The notes under the pieces: generated by a model
Told to the model about the DNA's origin: nothing
Databases searched by the model: none
Seen by the model: only the letters and a program-made list of their open reading frames with translations
Program-made: the position numbers and the translations under genes
Shown: positions 9,819-27,897 of the stretch, piece after piece
Position numbering within the stretch: position 1 is the stretch's first letter
Layout: each line of letters begins with the position of its first letter
Assembly: GCA_013695005.1 (NCBI GenBank)
Contig: JACDBJ010000307.1
Coordinates: 1-43,363 of the forward strand
From: Pseudonocardiales bacterium
GTDB lineage: Bacteria > Actinomycetota > Actinomycetes > Mycobacteriales > Pseudonocardiaceae
Length of the DNA: 43,363 bases
Direction of reading: 5' to 3'

Positions 9819-9848
9819 GTGGGAGAGCCGAGCGCGGCTCGTCACCAC
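9819..9848 (+). promoter_or_regulatory. Putative L1-binding autoregulatory RNA element between rplK and rplA
   Basis: GTGG-GA-GAGCCG-AGCG-CGGCTC-GTCA-CCAC forms two stems around an asymmetric internal loop with GGGAG, resembling L1 target sites. Confidence 0.6.
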
Positions 9849-9891
9849 GACTGAACTCAGGCTGACACTCAGCAGAGATGGGGACAGAGCA

Positions 9892-10617
9892 GTGAAGCGC
9901 AGCAAGAACTACCGCAAGTCCGCCGAGCTGATCGACCGTGAGCGGCTGTACAGCCCGCTCGAGGCAGCCGGCCTGGCCAAGCAGACCTCCACCGCGAAGA
10001 TGGACGCGACGGTGGAGGTCGCGATGAGCCTCGGCGTCGACCCCCGCAAGGCCGACCAGATGGTCCGCGGCACGGTCAACCTGCCGCACGGCACGGGCAA
10101 GACCGCACGCGTGATCGTCTTCGCCTCCGGCGACAAGGCGAACGAGGCGCAGGTCGCCGGCGCCGACGAGGTCGGCTCCGAGGACCTCATCGAGCGCATC
10201 CAGGGCGGTTGGCTTGACTTCGACGCCGCCATCGCCACTCCGGACCAGATGGCCAAGGTCGGCCGGATCGCCCGGATCCTCGGCCCGCGTGGCCTGATGC
10301 CGAACCCGAAGACCGGAACCGTGACGACCGACGTCGCCAAGGCGGTTTCCGACATCAAGGGCGGCAAGGTCAACTTCCGGGTCGACAAGCACTCGAACCT
10401 GCACATGGTGATCGGCAAGGCCTCGTTCGACACCGACAAGCTGGTCGAGAACTACGGCGCGGCGCTCGACGAGATCCTGCGGGTCAAGCCGTCGGCCGCG
10501 AAGGGCCGCTACGTCAAGAAGATCACCGTCTCGACGACCATGGGCCCTGGCATCCCGGTCGACCCGGCCCGCACGAAGAACCTGCTCAGCGACGAGGCCG
10601 GCGCGCAGAACGCCTAG
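9892..10617 (+). CDS. rplA: 50S ribosomal protein L1
   Basis: [24 protein letters not shown]; [16 protein letters not shown]; STTMGPG. Confidence 0.98.
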   Translation: MKRSKNYRKSAELIDRERLYSPLEAAGLAKQTSTAKMDATVEVAMSLGVDPRKADQMVRGTVNLPHGTGKTARVIVFASGDKANEAQVAGADEVGSEDLIERIQGGWLDFDAAIATPDQMAKVGRIARILGPRGLMPNPKTGTVTTDVAKAVSDIKGGKVNFRVDKHSNLHMVIGKASFDTDKLVENYGAALDEILRVKPSAAKGRYVKKITVSTTMGPGIPVDPARTKNLLSDEAGAQNA

Positions 10618-11495
10618 CGCCGGAGCAGGTAGAAGCGGAAGAACTCGTTCTCGATCGGCAGCACCTCGACCTGTCCGAAGCCTGCCTTGGCGCCAAGGTC
10701 GCGCACCGTGGACGGCCGCAGCGCGGTCCCGAGCGCGGCGGAGTCGGCCTCGACCCGGCTCGCCGGCAGGCGGTGGCGCACGCTCCAGCCGTACATGATC
10801 CGCTCGACGGGGTCGCCGGGTGCGCTGAACTGCTCGGCGACCCGTTCATCGGCGACCAGCACCGCGCCGTCCTCTGCCAGCGCCGCACGCGCCGCGGCGA
10901 GCACCTCCGCCGGATGTGCCATGTCGTGCAACTCCTCGAACCACGCAGATCAGGTCGTACGGTCCTGACGTGGCGAGCTCGCTGGCGTCACTCAGGGCGT
11001 AGGCGACGTTCCCCAGGTCCGGCTCCTCCTCGGCGAGCCGCCGTGCGTCGGCGACCGACGCCTCGTCGTTGTCGATCCCGACGACCTGCGCCTTCGGGTA
11101 CGCGCGGGCGAGCGCGATCGTCGAGAAGCCCTGGCCGCAACCCAGGTCGACCACCTGGGCGGGCGGCTCGGCCGACAGCCGGGCATGCAAGTCTGGCGCG
11201 GCGCGGATCCACCCGGCGAGCTCGTGGGTGGACGCCGGCCGGTTGATCGCTCCTTGCCCATCGCGGAAAGGTCCGCGTAGTGCTGGTACGGCACGCCAAC
11301 CCCGGTGCGATAGGCCTCGACGACCTCAGGCATGACACCGGCGACGCCAACCACCAGGTCGGCGAACGGCCCGACGTATGCGGGATCAACCGGGTCCGCC
11401 AGCACGCCCACGTGCTCCGCGGGGAGGCTGAACCGGCGGGTGCCTGGATCGGCCGAAGCGTCGTCCACATCCAGGAACCCCGCCATGCCCGCCAC
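10614..11495 (-). pseudogene. Class I SAM-dependent methyltransferase (Rv2258c-like), 5'-truncated with two frameshifts
   Basis: Three consecutive frames: GFLDVDD...RFSLPAEH...YRTGVGVPYQHY | FRDGQGAINRP...VVDLGCGQGFS...PYDLICV | FEELHDMAHP...FFRFYLLRR*. Shifts near 11275 and 10941; N-terminal region missing. Confidence 0.85.
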
Positions 11496-11526
11496 GTTAG
11501 GTCCATGCGGCCGCGGGCTCCAGCGG

Positions 11527-12618
11527 CTAGGCGGACCAATCCGCGAGCACGTCGGCGACGTCGGTGTCCGCCGTGACGGTCGGCGGGACCTCGGTGGCCG
11601 AGCGGGAGAACCGCGGTGCCGGCGCCGCCTGCCGGAGCCCGTCCACCTCGACGACCGTGTCCCGCGCGCGGACGTGTGGGTGCGTCGCCACCTCGCCGAG
11701 GCTCAGCACGGGCGTGACGCACGCGTCGGTGTCGCCGAAGGCGGCGGCCCACTCGTCGCGGGTGCGGCTGGCGAAGCGCTCGGTGAACCGCTCGCGCAGC
11801 TGCGGCCAGCCGTCGCGGTCGTACTGCCCTGGGAGCTGCTCCTCCGCGAGCCCCAGCCCGGCCAGCAGGGCGGAGTAGAACCGCGGTTCGAGCGCACCGA
11901 CGGCGACGTGGCGGCCGTCCGCGCAGGCATAGGTGTCGTAGAACGGGGCGCCGCCGTCGAGCAGGTTCACCCCGGGTTCGTCGGTCCAGCGGCCCTGACC
12001 GAGCAGCGACCAGAACAGCTGCAGCAGCAGGCTGCTGCCGTCGACCATCGCGGCGTCCACCACCTGTCCCAGCCCGGAGCGCTCCCGCTCCCACAACGCG
12101 GCGAGCACCCCGACCACGAGCAGCATCGAGCCGCCGCCGAAGTCGGCGACCAGGTTCAGCGGCGGTACCGGCCGCTCGCCGGGGCGGCCGATCGCGTGCA
12201 GTGCCCCGGAGAGCGCGATGTAGTTGATGTCATGCCCGGCGCGCTGGGCCAGCGGCCCGTCCTGGCCCCAGCCGGTGACCTGTCCGTAGACCAGCCGCGG
12301 GTTGCGAGCCCGGCAGTCCGCGGGCCCGACGCCGAGCCGCTCAGCCACGCCGGGCCGATTGCCTTCGATCACCACGTCCGCCTTGCCTGCCAGCCGCAGC
12401 ACGAGCTCCCGCCCGGTGGGCTGTTTGAGGTCGACGGCCACGAGCCTGCGGCCGCGCAGCATCGCGTCGGCCTCGCCCGGGCTTTCCAGCGGACCGGCGT
12501 CCGGGCGGTGTACGCGGACGACGTCGGCGCCGAGGTCGGCGAGGATCATCGCGGCGTGCGGGCCCGGCCCGATCCCGGCCAGTTCGACTACCCGCAGACC
12601 GGTCAGCGGCCCCGGCAT
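11527..12618 (-). CDS. CaiB/BaiF CoA-transferase family protein, alpha-methylacyl-CoA racemase (Mcr)-like
   Basis: [31 protein letters not shown]; AGHDINYIA; [11 protein letters not shown]; [18 protein letters not shown]. Confidence 0.93.
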   Translation of the reverse strand: MPGPLTGLRVVELAGIGPGPHAAMILADLGADVVRVHRPDAGPLESPGEADAMLRGRRLVAVDLKQPTGRELVLRLAGKADVVIEGNRPGVAERLGVGPADCRARNPRLVYGQVTGWGQDGPLAQRAGHDINYIALSGALHAIGRPGERPVPPLNLVADFGGGSMLLVVGVLAALWERERSGLGQVVDAAMVDGSSLLLQLFWSLLGQGRWTDEPGVNLLDGGAPFYDTYACADGRHVAVGALEPRFYSALLAGLGLAEEQLPGQYDRDGWPQLRERFTERFASRTRDEWAAAFGDTDACVTPVLSLGEVATHPHVRARDTVVEVDGLRQAAPAPRFSRSATEVPPTVTADTDVADVLADWSA

Positions 12619-12637
12619 GCGCTCTCCTGCCCTCGTC

Positions 12638-12919
12638 TCAAACGCTGTCGGATGTCTCCATGTCCAGGACGCCCTGCACGAAGACCTCCAGCACGCGCCC
12701 ATCGGGGTCGCGGCGCTCGGCGGTGTAGTGGTAGCGCCCAGACTGCCAGCCGTCGGCCCTGGCCACCCGGGTCAGCGTGGCCATGGCGCGTTCGCGCCAG
12801 GCGTGGACGTCATCCGCGGCCGGCCCGGCATCGGGCACGTCGCACTCGATCTCGAGGAACGGGTGGAAGTTCCCCCGAAACGCCGTCCACATCTGGACGT
12901 TGATCCACACGTCGTTCAT
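12638..12919 (-). CDS. Hypothetical 93-aa protein, probably leaderless
   Basis: [30 protein letters not shown]...; GC3-rich; ATG 12919 lies 6 nt after CATACT. Confidence 0.65.
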   Translation of the reverse strand: MNDVWINVQMWTAFRGNFHPFLEIECDVPDAGPAADDVHAWRERAMATLTRVARADGWQSGRYHYTAERRDPDGRVLEVFVQGVLDMETSDSV

Positions 12920-12962
12920 CGCGGGAGTATGGACCACCCGACGATCATTGCCCGGCATCAAC

Positions 12963-13127
12963 TAGGCTGTGTCTAGTTCCACCGAAGACCGTTGGTCTCT
13001 ACCACTCGAACGTGGGTGGCTGGACGAAGGCCCGCAAGCCGGGCGGCCCGCGCAGGAGGACGGAAGCGCCCTTGCCGCTCGTCGGCGGTGGGCCTGCCCC
13101 GTGCGCCTGCGCCGGGGCGTTTTTCTT
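12963..13127 (+). promoter_or_regulatory. rplJ (L10) leader with -10 TAGGCT and downstream terminator/attenuator hairpin
   Basis: TAGGCT 12963-68; AAGACCGTTGGT (12985) ... CCCGCGCAGGAG (13047) L10-leader-like halves; GCCCCG...CGGGGC + GTTTTTCTT at 13096-13127. Confidence 0.7.
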
Positions 13128-13166
13128 GTCAGGCCTTCGTGGAGACCTACTCAAGGAGGCCCGTAT

Positions 13167-13763
13167 ATGGCACGACCAGACAAGGTGGCTGCCGTCGAGG
13201 AGATCGCGGAGCGGTTCCGCGGTGCCAACGCCTCGGTCGTCACCGAGTTCCGCGGTCTCACCGTCTCGCAGCTCAAGGAGCTGCGCCGTGCACTCACGCC
13301 GGCCGCCACGTACCAGGTTGCGAAGAACACCCTGGTCAGGCGGGCGGCTGCGGACGCAGGCGTCACCGGGCTCGACGACCTGCTGGTCGGACCGACGGCG
13401 ATCGCCTTCGTCACCGGCGAGGCCGTCGACGCGGCCAAGGCACTGCGCAACTTCGCCAAGGTCCACAAGTCGCTCGTGATCAAGGGCGGCATCATGGACG
13501 GCCGCCCGCTGACCGTCGATGAGGTCAACCGGCTCGCCGACCTCGAGTCACGCGAGGTCCTGCTGGCCAAGCTGGCCGGCGCGATGATGGGCAACCTCGC
13601 CAAGGCCGCCGGCCTGTTCGCTGCCCCTGCCTCGCAGGTGGCACGACTGGCCGCGGCACTTGCCGACAAGCGCACAGCCGAGGGCGGCACCACGACCGAG
13701 GCCGCAGCCGAGACCGAGGCCGCAAGCGAGCCCGAGCCCGAGGCCGCAAGCGCCGAGAGCTGA
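13167..13763 (+). CDS. rplJ: 50S ribosomal protein L10 (acidic C-terminal tail)
   Basis: [13 protein letters not shown]...[15 protein letters not shown]...VAKNTLV...GPTAIAFV; AAGGAGG RBS. Confidence 0.97.
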   Translation: MARPDKVAAVEEIAERFRGANASVVTEFRGLTVSQLKELRRALTPAATYQVAKNTLVRRAAADAGVTGLDDLLVGPTAIAFVTGEAVDAAKALRNFAKVHKSLVIKGGIMDGRPLTVDEVNRLADLESREVLLAKLAGAMMGNLAKAAGLFAAPASQVARLAAALADKRTAEGGTTTEAAAETEAASEPEPEAASAES

Positions 13764-13800
13764 TCCACCCCACCCGCGTTCTGGAAAGGACACCGCCGCC

Positions 13801-14193
13801 ATGGCGAAGAAGATGACGACCGAAGAGCTGCTCGACGCGTTCAAGGAGATGACGCTGCTCGAGCTCTCGGAGTTCGTGAAGATGTTCGAGGAGACCTTCG
13901 ACGTGACCGCCGCCGCGCCCGTCGCGGTCGCGGCCGCTCCCGGTGCGGGCGACGGCGCCGCACCCGTCGCGGAGGAGAAGGACGAGTTCAACGTGGTCCT
14001 CGAGGCCGCAGGCGAGAAGAAGATCCAGGTCATCAAGGTGGTCCGCGAGCTCGTCTCCGGACTGGGCCTCAAGGAGGCCAAGGACCTGGTCGAGGCAGCT
14101 CCCAAGCCCGTCCTGGAGAACGTGCCGAAGGACGCGGCCGACGCCGCCAAGGCCAAGCTCGAAGAGGCCGGCGCCAGCGTCAGCCTGGCCTGA
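13801..14193 (+). CDS. rplL: 50S ribosomal protein L7/L12
   Basis: [26 protein letters not shown]...[11 protein letters not shown]...[10 protein letters not shown]. Confidence 0.98.
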   Translation: MAKKMTTEELLDAFKEMTLLELSEFVKMFEETFDVTAAAPVAVAAAPGAGDGAAPVAEEKDEFNVVLEAAGEKKIQVIKVVRELVSGLGLKEAKDLVEAAPKPVLENVPKDAADAAKAKLEEAGASVSLA

Positions 14194-14214
14194 GCACAGG
14201 CTCAACGCTTCATC

Positions 14215-14249
14215 GCGAGAGGCGGGTCCCACCGGGGCCCGCCTCTCGC
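14215..14249 (+). terminator. GC-rich hairpin after rplL
   Basis: GCGAGAGGCGGGTCCC-ACC-GGGGCCCGCCTCTCGC, 16-bp stem with one G.U pair; no U-tract. Confidence 0.7.
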
Positions 14250-14527
14250 TACGTCTGCACCCGGCTGGTCCTGAACACCGGCTGCGCCCAGCGCACGGCG
14301 CGCACGGGACCAGCGGTACGAAATCCGTCGGCTCGGCGTCGGCCAGCGGGCCCACAACCGCCGAGCGGTAGACGGTCAACGGGTGGCGGCGCTGGTTGCG
14401 GTCACGGTGCGCAGCCGAAACGGGCCGGTCATCCGTTCTAGGAGACCACTTACCGCGTCCAGAGTCTTGACTCAGTGCGCTCCGCGGGTCACTCTTTACG
14501 TGCGATGGTCGGTGGTTGCGACCACTC

Positions 14528-14556
14528 TCGACAGCGGCTGCATCTGCAGCTAGACT
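14528..14556 (+). promoter_or_regulatory. Housekeeping-sigma promoter for rpoBC
   Basis: TCGACA-N17-TAGACT about 250 nt upstream of rpoB; a weaker TTGACT-N17-CACTCT lies at 14467-14495. Confidence 0.65.
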
Positions 14557-14809
14557 GCTTCTTTGCGCTGCCTTCGTCCTGATTTGGCGCGCCGTGCTCG
14601 GACTCAAACCGCTCACGGTGACGAGACTCAGGTCAACGGTTGCGCGCTAACAACAGACGGTGTCGTGCCGTCCTAACCGAGACCAGGCTAGACACGAAAG
14701 CTCCCGCCCGGACCTCCCGCCCGGGCGATCGTGTCAGAGGGTACCCGGGCTGGGCGGCATCCACCTAACGAGAGCGCCTAGCCAGCGTTAGTTCTCGGAA
14801 GGACGCATC

Positions 14810-17800
14810 TTGGCAGTCTCCCGTGCCACCAAGACCCGCCCCGCTAAGACCGCATCCATCGCAAGGCTCCCAGGAGCCCCTGCTCGAGTCTCCTTCGCGA
14901 AGATCCACGAGCCGCTTGAGGTCCCGGACCTGCTTGATCTGCAGATCCAGTCCTTCGAGTGGCTCGTCGGCAACCCCGCGTGGTTCCAGCGCCGGATAGA
15001 CGCCGGCGACGAGGCGCCGATCGGCGGTCTCGACGAGGTTCTCGCCGAGATCTCTCCGATCGAGGACTTCTCGGGCTCGATGTCACTGTCTTTCTCCGAC
15101 CCACGCTTCGACGAGGTCAAGGCCCCGGTCGAGGAGTGCAAGGACAAGGACATGACCTACGCGGCGCCGTTGTTCGTCACCGCGGAGTTCACCAACAACA
15201 CCACTGGCGAGATCAAGAGCCAGACGGTGTTCATGGGTGACTTCCCGATGATGACCGACAAGGGCACCTTCATCATCAACGGCACCGAGCGTGTCGTGGT
15301 GTCCCAGCTGGGGCGGTCCCCAGGGGTCTACTTCGACCACAACGTCGACAAGACCACCGATAAGGACGTCTACAGCGTCAAGATCATCCCGAGCCGCGGT
15401 GCGTGGCTCGAGTTCGACGTCGACAAGCGCGACACCGTCGGTGTGCGCATCGACCGCAAGCGCCGTCAGCCGGTGACCGTGCTGCTCAAGGCACTGGGCT
15501 GGAGCACCGAGCAGATCCAGCAGCGGTTCGCCTTCTCCGAGACCATGCTCACCACCCTGGAGAAGGACCACACCGCAGGGCAGGACGAGGCCCTGCTGGA
15601 CATCTACCGCAAGCTGCGGCCGGGCGAGCCCCCCACCAAGGAGAGCGCGCAGACCCTGCTGGAGAACCTGTTCTTCAAGGAGAAGCGCTACGACCTGGCC
15701 AAGGTCGGTCGTTACAAGGTCAACAAGAAGCTCGGCCTCTCGGCGCCGACGGTCAACGGCACGCTTCGTGAGGACGACATCGTCACCACCATCGAGTACC
15801 TCGTACGGCTGCACGCCGGTGAGGCCACGATGGCGGTGGGCGAGGGCGAGAACGCGGCCGAGGTCCCCGTCGAGACCGACGACATCGACCACTTCGGCAA
15901 CCGTCGCCTGCGCACCGTCGGCGAGCTGATCCAGAACCAGATCCGGGTCGGCCTGTCGCGCATGGAGCGGGTGGTTCGCGAGCGGATGACGACTCAGGAC
16001 GTCGAGGCGATCACGCCGCAGACCCTGATCAACATCCGGCCGGTCGTGGCCGCGATCAAGGAGTTCTTCGGCACCAGCCAGCTCTCGCAGTTCATGGACC
16101 AGACCAACCCGCTGGCCGGGCTGACGCACAAGCGGCGGCTCTCGGCCCTCGGGCCTGGCGGCCTGTCCCGCGAGCGCGCCGGCTTCGAGGTCCGCGACGT
16201 GCACACCAGCCACTACGGCCGGATGTGCCCGATCGAGACCCCGGAGGGCCCGAACATCGGCCTGATCGGCTCGTTGTCGACCTTCGCGCGGGTCAACCCG
16301 TTCGGCTTCATCCAGACGCCGTACCGCAAGGTCACCGAGGGCACGGTCACCGAGCAGATCGACTACCTGACCGCGGACGAGGAGGACCGGCACGTCATCG
16401 CGCAGGCCAACGCTCCGCTGAAGGACGACGGTCACTTCGCCGAGGACCGGGTGCTGGTGCGGCGCAAGGGTGGCGAGGTCGACTACATCCCGCCGACCGG
16501 CGTGGACTATATGGACGTCTCGCCGCGGCAGATGGTTTCGGTCGCGACGGCGATGATCCCGTTCCTCGAGCACGACGACGCGAACCGCGCCCTGATGGGT
16601 GCGAACATGCAGCGTCAGGCGGTTCCGCTGCTGCGCAGCGAGTCGCCGCTCGTGGGCACCGGCATGGAGCTGCGCGCCGCGGTGGACGCCGGCGACGTCG
16701 TGGTGGCCGAGAAGGCCGGTGTGGTCGAGGAGCTGTGCGCCGACTTCATCACCGTGATGGCCGACGACGCCAGCCGCCGCACCTACCGGCTGCACAAGTT
16801 CCGTCGCTCCAACCAGGGCACCTGCACCAACCAGAAGCCTGTCGTCGCCGAAGGCGACCGGGTGGAGGTCGGCCAGGTGATCGCCGACGGGCCGTGCACC
16901 GATGACGGTGAGATGGCGCTCGGCAAGAACCTGCTCGTGGCGATCATGCCGTGGGAGGGTCACAACTACGAGGACGCGATCATCCTGAGCCAGCGCCTGG
17001 TGCAGGACGACGTGCTCACCTCGATCCACATCGAGGAGCACGAGATCGACGCCCGCGACACCAAGCTCGGTGCCGAGGAGATCACCCGGGACATCCCGAA
17101 CGTCTCCGAGGAGGTCCTCGCGGACCTCGACGAGCGCGGGATCATTCGGATCGGTGCCGAGGTGCAGCCAGGCGACATCCTGGTCGGCAAGGTCACGCCC
17201 AAGGGCGAGACCGAGCTGACGCCGGAGGAGCGGCTGCTGCGGGCGATCTTCGGTGAGAAGGCCCGCGAGGTCCGCGACACCAGCCTCAAGGTTCCGCACG
17301 GCGAGAACGGCAAGGTCATCGGCATCCGGGTGTTCAGCCGGGACGACGAGGACGAGCTGCCGCCGGGCGTCAACGAGCTGGTCCGGGTGTACGTGGCGCA
17401 GAAGCGCAAGATCTCCGACGGCGACAAGCTCGCCGGGCGGCACGGCAACAAGGGCGTGATCGGCAAGATCCTGCCCGTCGAGGACATGCCGTTCATGCCC
17501 GACGGCACGCCGGTGGACATCGTGCTGAACACCCACGGTGTGCCCCGCCGGATGAACATCGGCCAGATCCTGGAGACCCACCTCGGATGGATCGCCAGGA
17601 GCGGCTGGAAGGTCGAGGGCACTCCGGATTGGGCCGAGCGCTTCCCCGAGGACCTGATGGAGGCCCCGGCCGGTACCAACACGGCCACACCGGTCTTCGA
17701 CGGTGCCAAGGAGGACGAGATCACCGGGCTGCTGGGGGTCACCCTGCCCAACCGCGACGGCGAGCGAATGGTCGGCGCCAACGGCAAGGCCCAGCTCCAC

Positions 17801-18307
17801 GACGGCCGCTCCGGTGAGCCGTACCCGTACCCGGTGGCAGTGGGCTACATGTACATCCTCAAGCTGCTGCACCTGGTCGACGACAAGATCCACGCTCGCT
17901 CGACCGGGCCGTACTCGATGATCACGCAGCAGCCGCTGGGCGGTAAGGCGCAGTTCGGTGGCCAGCGCTTCGGCGAGATGGAGTGCTGGGCCATGCAGGC
18001 CTACGGCGCGGCATACACGTTGCAGGAGCTGCTGACGATCAAGTCCGACGACGTGCTTGGACGGGTCAAGGTGTACGAGGCGATCGTCAAGGGGGAGAAC
18101 ATCCCGGAGCCGGGAATCCCCGAATCGTTCAAGGTGTTGCTCAAGGAGCTGCAGTCTCTGTGCCTGAACGTCGAGGTTCTGTCCTCCGACGGAGCGGCGA
18201 TCGAGATGCGCGACACCGACGACGAGGACCTTGAACGGGCTGCGGCCAACCTCGGTATCAACCTGTCCCGCGATGAGTCACCGTCGGTCGACGACGTAGT
18301 GAACTAG
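14810..18307 (+). CDS. rpoB: RNA polymerase beta subunit
   Basis: [47 protein letters not shown]; TTG start after GGAAGGA. Confidence 0.99.
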   Translation: MAVSRATKTRPAKTASIARLPGAPARVSFAKIHEPLEVPDLLDLQIQSFEWLVGNPAWFQRRIDAGDEAPIGGLDEVLAEISPIEDFSGSMSLSFSDPRFDEVKAPVEECKDKDMTYAAPLFVTAEFTNNTTGEIKSQTVFMGDFPMMTDKGTFIINGTERVVVSQLGRSPGVYFDHNVDKTTDKDVYSVKIIPSRGAWLEFDVDKRDTVGVRIDRKRRQPVTVLLKALGWSTEQIQQRFAFSETMLTTLEKDHTAGQDEALLDIYRKLRPGEPPTKESAQTLLENLFFKEKRYDLAKVGRYKVNKKLGLSAPTVNGTLREDDIVTTIEYLVRLHAGEATMAVGEGENAAEVPVETDDIDHFGNRRLRTVGELIQNQIRVGLSRMERVVRERMTTQDVEAITPQTLINIRPVVAAIKEFFGTSQLSQFMDQTNPLAGLTHKRRLSALGPGGLSRERAGFEVRDVHTSHYGRMCPIETPEGPNIGLIGSLSTFARVNPFGFIQTPYRKVTEGTVTEQIDYLTADEEDRHVIAQANAPLKDDGHFAEDRVLVRRKGGEVDYIPPTGVDYMDVSPRQMVSVATAMIPFLEHDDANRALMGANMQRQAVPLLRSESPLVGTGMELRAAVDAGDVVVAEKAGVVEELCADFITVMADDASRRTYRLHKFRRSNQGTCTNQKPVVAEGDRVEVGQVIADGPCTDDGEMALGKNLLVAIMPWEGHNYEDAIILSQRLVQDDVLTSIHIEEHEIDARDTKLGAEEITRDIPNVSEEVLADLDERGIIRIGAEVQPGDILVGKVTPKGETELTPEERLLRAIFGEKAREVRDTSLKVPHGENGKVIGIRVFSRDDEDELPPGVNELVRVYVAQKRKISDGDKLAGRHGNKGVIGKILPVEDMPFMPDGTPVDIVLNTHGVPRRMNIGQILETHLGWIARSGWKVEGTPDWAERFPEDLMEAPAGTNTATPVFDGAKEDEITGLLGVTLPNRDGERMVGANGKAQLHDGRSGEPYPYPVAVGYMYILKLLHLVDDKIHARSTGPYSMITQQPLGGKAQFGGQRFGEMECWAMQAYGAAYTLQELLTIKSDDVLGRVKVYEAIVKGENIPEPGIPESFKVLLKELQSLCLNVEVLSSDGAAIEMRDTDDEDLERAAANLGINLSRDESPSVDDVVN

Positions 18308-18323
18308 CTGAGTGAACTAGCTG
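18298..18323 (+). repeat. 13-bp tandem duplication AGTGAACTAGCTG spanning the rpoB stop
   Basis: Copies at 18298-18310 and 18311-18323. Confidence 0.85.
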
Positions 18324-18349
18324 CTACTGAAGAGGATTGAGGACACTAC

Positions 18350-22274
<3,925 letters not shown>

Positions 22275-22276
<2 letters not shown>

Positions 22277-22434
22277 CTGCCGCTGAGCGGGCGGCTGGCT
22301 GCGTTCTCGGACGCTCGCGTGTGTCAACACGCGTCGCGTCCTGCGGCCTTGCCATCCATCCCGCTCAGCGGCAGTCGCCGCGCAGTGGGCGCCTGGCGGC
22401 TGCGGCCTTGCGATGCATCCAGCTCGGCGGCGGT
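22275..22434. repeat. REP/MITE-like palindromic element plus a partial second copy
   Basis: 17-bp perfect inverted repeat GACTGCCGCTGAGCGGG (22275-91) / CCCGCTCAGCGGCAGTC (22360-76) enclosing nested stems; 22341-22375 recurs at 22400-22434 with 30/35 identity. Confidence 0.75.
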
Positions 22435-22558
22435 TCCGTCGCGGCCGGTCGGCGGGAGAGGTGGCGGCGCGCGGTTGTTGAAGTAGTAGGTGCTTGCGGA
22501 CGACGATGTTCTTCAGGCAGGCTGCCTGCAACGAAGACTGTCGACCGGGGACCCCGTT

Positions 22559-22588
22559 TTGACCCTCTCGAAGCGGGGCGGGTACCCT
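22559..22588 (+). promoter_or_regulatory. Promoter of the str (rpsL) operon
   Basis: TTGACC-N18-TACCCT about 250 nt upstream of rpsL. Confidence 0.6.
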
Positions 22589-22737
22589 TTGGTCTTGGGC
22601 TCGACGCAGGTCGGGCCTGCTCCGCGTGCCTGACGGTCACCGGTACTAGCCGATAGTGCTGGCGAACGCCCCGACGCGGGCCTCCCTCGAACGATCTGGA
22701 CGGGCTTCCCCGGCCCGCTCCGCGGAGCGTTCGGGGC

Positions 22738-22752
22738 GCGACACGCCCGACC
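22738..22752 (+). promoter_or_regulatory. Leader motif GCGACACGCCCGACC (copy 1, rpsL leader)
   Basis: Identical 15-mer at 27427 in the rpsJ leader. Confidence 0.65.
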
Positions 22753-22837
22753 GCGGGGGACGGAAGGCCGGATTGCCGGTCGGCCGGCACGAGAACACAA
22801 AGCAGACACAGCGAGCACGAGGAAGAAGCACCGGTTC

Positions 22838-23212
22838 ATGCCCACGATCCAGCAGCTGGTCCGCAAGGGCCGTACGGACAAGGTCACCAAGACCAAGACC
22901 GCAGCGCTCAAGGGAAGCCCCCAGCGCCGCGGGGTCTGCACGCGCGTCTATACAACCACGCCGAAGAAGCCGAACTCGGCGTTGCGCAAGGTGGCTCGGG
23001 TCCGGCTGACCAGCGCGGTCGAGGTGACCGCGTACATCCCCGGCGAGGGCCACAACCTGCAGGAGCACTCCATCGTGCTCGTGCGCGGTGGCCGCGTGAA
23101 GGACCTCCCCGGCGTGCGCTACAAGATCGTGCGCGGATCACTGGACACCCAAGGCGTGAAGGGCCGTAAGCAGGCGCGCAGCCGCTACGGCGCGAAGAAG
23201 GAGAAGGGCTGA
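22838..23212 (+). CDS. rpsL: 30S ribosomal protein S12
   Basis: [12 protein letters not shown]; [13 protein letters not shown]; [10 protein letters not shown]. Confidence 0.99.
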   Translation: MPTIQQLVRKGRTDKVTKTKTAALKGSPQRRGVCTRVYTTTPKKPNSALRKVARVRLTSAVEVTAYIPGEGHNLQEHSIVLVRGGRVKDLPGVRYKIVRGSLDTQGVKGRKQARSRYGAKKEKG

Positions 23213-23682
23213 TGCCACGCAAAGGTCCGGCCCCCAAGCGGCCGTTGGTCTCCGATCCCGTCTACAGCTCCCCGCTGGTCACCCAGCTGGTGAACAAGGT
23301 GCTGCAGGCCGGGAAGAAGTCGCTGGCCGAACGCATTGTTTATGGTGCGATGGAAGGGTGCCGGGACAAGACCGGCACCGACCCTGTGGTGACGCTCAAG
23401 CGGGCTTTGGACAACGTCAAGCCCGCCATCGAGGTCAAGAGCCGCCGGGTCGGCGGCGCGACCTACCAGGTTCCGATCGAGGTCAAGCCCGGCCGCTCTA
23501 CCACGCTGGGGCTGCGTTGGCTGGTGTCCTTCGCCAAGCAGCGCCGCGAGAAGACCATGGTCGAACGGCTCATGAACGAGCTGCTCGACGCGAGCAACGG
23601 ACTGGGTGCCAGCGTCAAGCGGCGCGAGGACACCCACAAGATGGCGGAGTCCAACAAGGCCTTCGCCCACTACCGGTGGTGA
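23212..23682 (+). CDS. rpsG: 30S ribosomal protein S7
   Basis: [10 protein letters not shown]; [12 protein letters not shown]; [15 protein letters not shown]. Confidence 0.99.
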   Translation: MPRKGPAPKRPLVSDPVYSSPLVTQLVNKVLQAGKKSLAERIVYGAMEGCRDKTGTDPVVTLKRALDNVKPAIEVKSRRVGGATYQVPIEVKPGRSTTLGLRWLVSFAKQRREKTMVERLMNELLDASNGLGASVKRREDTHKMAESNKAFAHYRW

Positions 23683-23747
23683 CGGGCCCTACATCCCGCT
23701 CCACCAGCTGACCGAAGACCGCCCCACCCAAGAAGCGGAGTACGACT

Positions 23748-25823
<2,076 letters not shown>

Positions 25824-25847
<24 letters not shown>

Positions 25848-25909
25848 GCATCGAGCGTAGCGAGCCCGGAGTCGAGAAGTCGGATATCGCGAAGGCGACG
25901 GGCGAATGA
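25824..25909 (+). repeat. 24-nt direct repeat of the fusA 3' end (62-nt period) enclosing a 21-aa mini-ORF at 25844-25909
   Basis: ATCGCGAAGGCGACGGGCGAGTGA (25824-47) and ATCGCGAAGGCGACGGGCGAATGA (25886-909), 23/24 identical. Confidence 0.85.
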
Positions 25910-26041
25910 CCGAGAGCAAGGACGGCCAGGTGACAGGCACATTTCGTGTGCGAGTAGCGTCGCCGAGCCGAACCTGACAACAACCAGACCTGCCGTCAGC
26001 ACGGCGGACATGACAGGAAACAAGTCCAGGAGGATCCACCA

Positions 26042-27235
<1,194 letters not shown>

Positions 27236-27245
27236 GACCCCCGGT

Positions 27246-27275
27246 TTGGGATGCCGCACCCCGGTGTGGCAAACT
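27246..27275 (+). promoter_or_regulatory. Putative S10-operon promoter
   Basis: TTGGGA-N18-CAAACT with TGn extended -10, about 300 nt upstream of rpsJ. Confidence 0.45.
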
Positions 27276-27426
27276 TGACTGGTTGCTCGCCGAGGGGCGA
27301 TTGGCTGCGAAGCCGGTCGCCCCCCGGCACGAGCGGCCTGGTGTGACCGGCCTCTTCGGCCGGGCGCTCTAGGTCTGGCAGCCCCTCCGGACGGATGCGC
27401 TCCGGGGACCGGTCTGCGACGGGCTA

Positions 27427-27441
27427 GCGACACGCCCGACC
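27427..27441 (+). promoter_or_regulatory. Leader motif GCGACACGCCCGACC (copy 2, rpsJ leader)
   Basis: Identical to 22738-22752. Confidence 0.65.
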
Positions 27442-27580
27442 TCGTGGACCGGACCGACCTTGACCGACGACAACGACAACGCCGGGACAGACGGCTCGGC
27501 GCCGTCGACGAGCACGCTCGTCGGCAGGGCGGCATTACCAGGACGCAGCGGTTACAGCAGGGCTAGAAGAAGAGGACGAC

Positions 27581-27886
27581 ATGGCGGGACAGAAGATCCG
27601 CATCAGGCTCAAGGCCTACGACCACGAGGCGATCGACGCGTCCGCGCGCAAGATCGTCGAGACCGTCACGCGCACCGGTGCACGGGTGGTCGGGCCGGTG
27701 CCGCTGCCGACCGAGAAGAACGTGTACTGCGTCATCCGCTCGCCGCACAAGTATAAGGACTCGCGCGAGCATTTCGAGATGCGCACCCATAAGCGGCTCA
27801 TCGACATCCTCGACCCGACGCCGAAGACGGTGGACGCGCTGATGCGCATCGACCTACCGGCCAGCGTCGACGTCAACATCCAGTGA
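27581..27886 (+). CDS. rpsJ: 30S ribosomal protein S10
   Basis: [15 protein letters not shown]; GPVPLPT; [24 protein letters not shown]. Confidence 0.99.
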   Translation: MAGQKIRIRLKAYDHEAIDASARKIVETVTRTGARVVGPVPLPTEKNVYCVIRSPHKYKDSREHFEMRTHKRLIDILDPTPKTVDALMRIDLPASVDVNIQ

Positions 27887-27897
27887 GGCCGGCAAGC

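Noticed and set aside
14701-14724. CTCCCGCCCGG x2 in the rpoB 5' leader
   Set aside because: An 11-bp GC-rich duplication in high-GC DNA; too weak on its own.
16060-16280. Rifampicin-resistance substitutions in the RpoB RRDR
   Set aside because: The Q513, D516, H526, S531 and L533 equivalents (E. coli numbering) are wild type: [22 protein letters not shown].
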